Assembly (NCBI GenBank): GCA_043826435.1
Contig: JBDRQF010000051.1
Coordinates: 1 to 26,011 of the forward strand
Source: Elusimicrobiota bacterium
Lineage (GTDB): Bacteria > Elusimicrobiota > Endomicrobiia > CG1-02-37-114 > JAHJSO01
Length of the DNA: 26,011 bases
Reading direction: 5' to 3'
Shown: positions 25,316-26,011 of the stretch, one piece after another
How the letters are laid out: each line of letters opens with the position of its first letter
Numbering within the stretch: the stretch's first letter is position 1
The notes under the pieces: model-generated
Told to the model about the DNA's origin: nothing
The model's database searches: none
The model's input: only the letters and a program-made list of their open reading frames with translations
Position numbers and translations under genes: made by a program

Positions 25316-25342
25316 AATTTTTCGGATAATCTAATCGGGTTT

Positions 25343-25726
25343 TTACCTGAGATAGGACATCCTTTTCCCCGCCTTTTCCGCATACTCGCTATCAGGGTAT
25401 AAATCAATAACCTTTTTATATTCCTCTATCGCCCTTCTTTTATTACCGCTCTCGTAATATTCATAGGCGCCCGCAAGAGAGTACTGTGCAACGGGGGCCA
25501 ATTTGTGTTCCGGGTATTTTTCAACCACTCTCTCAAGACGGTGTATCGCCCTCGCCCACCTGCCGCATATAACGTAAAACTTGCCTAAATAATATTCAAA
25601 CGCCGGCTTCCATTCCCATTCAGAGTGCGCATCCAGCAGCGCATCCAACCTGCCGGACTTTGTTATGTGCTTGAACCCGTAATACGCCCCGAGAATCAGG
25701 AGTACGAGAAAAATAATTTTGCGCAT
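25343..25726 (-). CDS. Membrane-anchored TPR protein (BamD/YbgF-like repeats)
   Basis: N-terminal hydrophobic helix; VVEKYP...AP.AQY and YKKVIDLYPDS.YA repeats. Confidence 0.75.
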   Translation of the reverse strand: MRKIIFLVLLILGAYYGFKHITKSGRLDALLDAHSEWEWKPAFEYYLGKFYVICGRWARAIHRLERVVEKYPEHKLAPVAQYSLAGAYEYYESGNKRRAIEEYKKVIDLYPDSEYAEKAGKRMSYLR

Positions 25727-25729
25727 ATC

Positions 25730-26011
25730 CTATTTCACCTCTTCCACATAATCGCCCACCTCAACTGCATCATATGACTTGGTTATGATGGCGGTAGCGT
25801 TCTTTTCATTAATTTCCCCGGTGAGTTTCAACATGCCCACCTTTATTACCTTATATCCGCCACCCCTTATCTTTTCTCTTTTTCTGAAGATGTAACACTG
25901 GGAACCCGCGGTGAGGTCGTCGTCAGACCCGATATTTATATATACGATATCACCCTGGGCCATTATCGTCTTTCTATCCCTTGTCCCCGTAATCTTTCCA
26001 TCAAAAGAATG
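25730..26011 (-). CDS. 3' part of a gene entering from the right edge; FlgT-C-like beta domain, possibly of a LysM-type protein
   Basis: Frame open to 26011 (HSFDGKITGTRDRKTIMAQGDIVYINIG...VEVGDYV*); location near dprA. Confidence 0.6.
   Translation of the reverse strand, partial: HSFDGKITGTRDRKTIMAQGDIVYINIGSDDDLTAGSQCYIFRKREKIRGGGYKVIKVGMLKLTGEINEKNATAIITKSYDAVEVGDYVEEVK

Overview
Bacterial chromosomal window with nearly all protein genes on the minus strand. Elusimicrobiota-like origin is an inference from the PorV/PorQ-family fusion and the DUF2723-TPR protein. Reading right to left, the backbone is: partial LysM/FlgT-like gene, TPR, HTH, dprA-topA-xerC, UBA-like hypothetical, exbD, response regulator, tRNA-Leu(CAG, + strand) with tRNA-derived tandem repeats, smpB, tRNA-Ser(CGA), a FlgD-Ig protein, a PorV-FlgD-OmpA fusion, tRNA-Ser(GGA), gmk-rpoZ-coaC-coaB-udg-priA, two GT-C glycosyltransferases and a flavin reductase. 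Each tRNA-Ser has an AT-rich islet at its 3' end carrying a type II restriction-modification pair with open frames, plus decayed cargo genes. Highlights: (1) the smpB stop codon lies inside the tRNA-Ser(CGA) gene, so RNase P processing would leave a non-stop smpB mRNA, a possible trans-translation feedback loop; (2) the tRNA-Ser(CGA) islet is bounded by TGGCGGAG repeats that appear to split a recombinase-like C-terminal tail; (3) a frameshifted CD-NTase-like N-terminus follows the other R-M pair; (4) an unexplained triple repeat and hairpin-rich spacer lie upstream of tRNA-Ser(GGA); (5) PriA has lost its helicase motifs. Family assignments come from motif recognition, not database searches.
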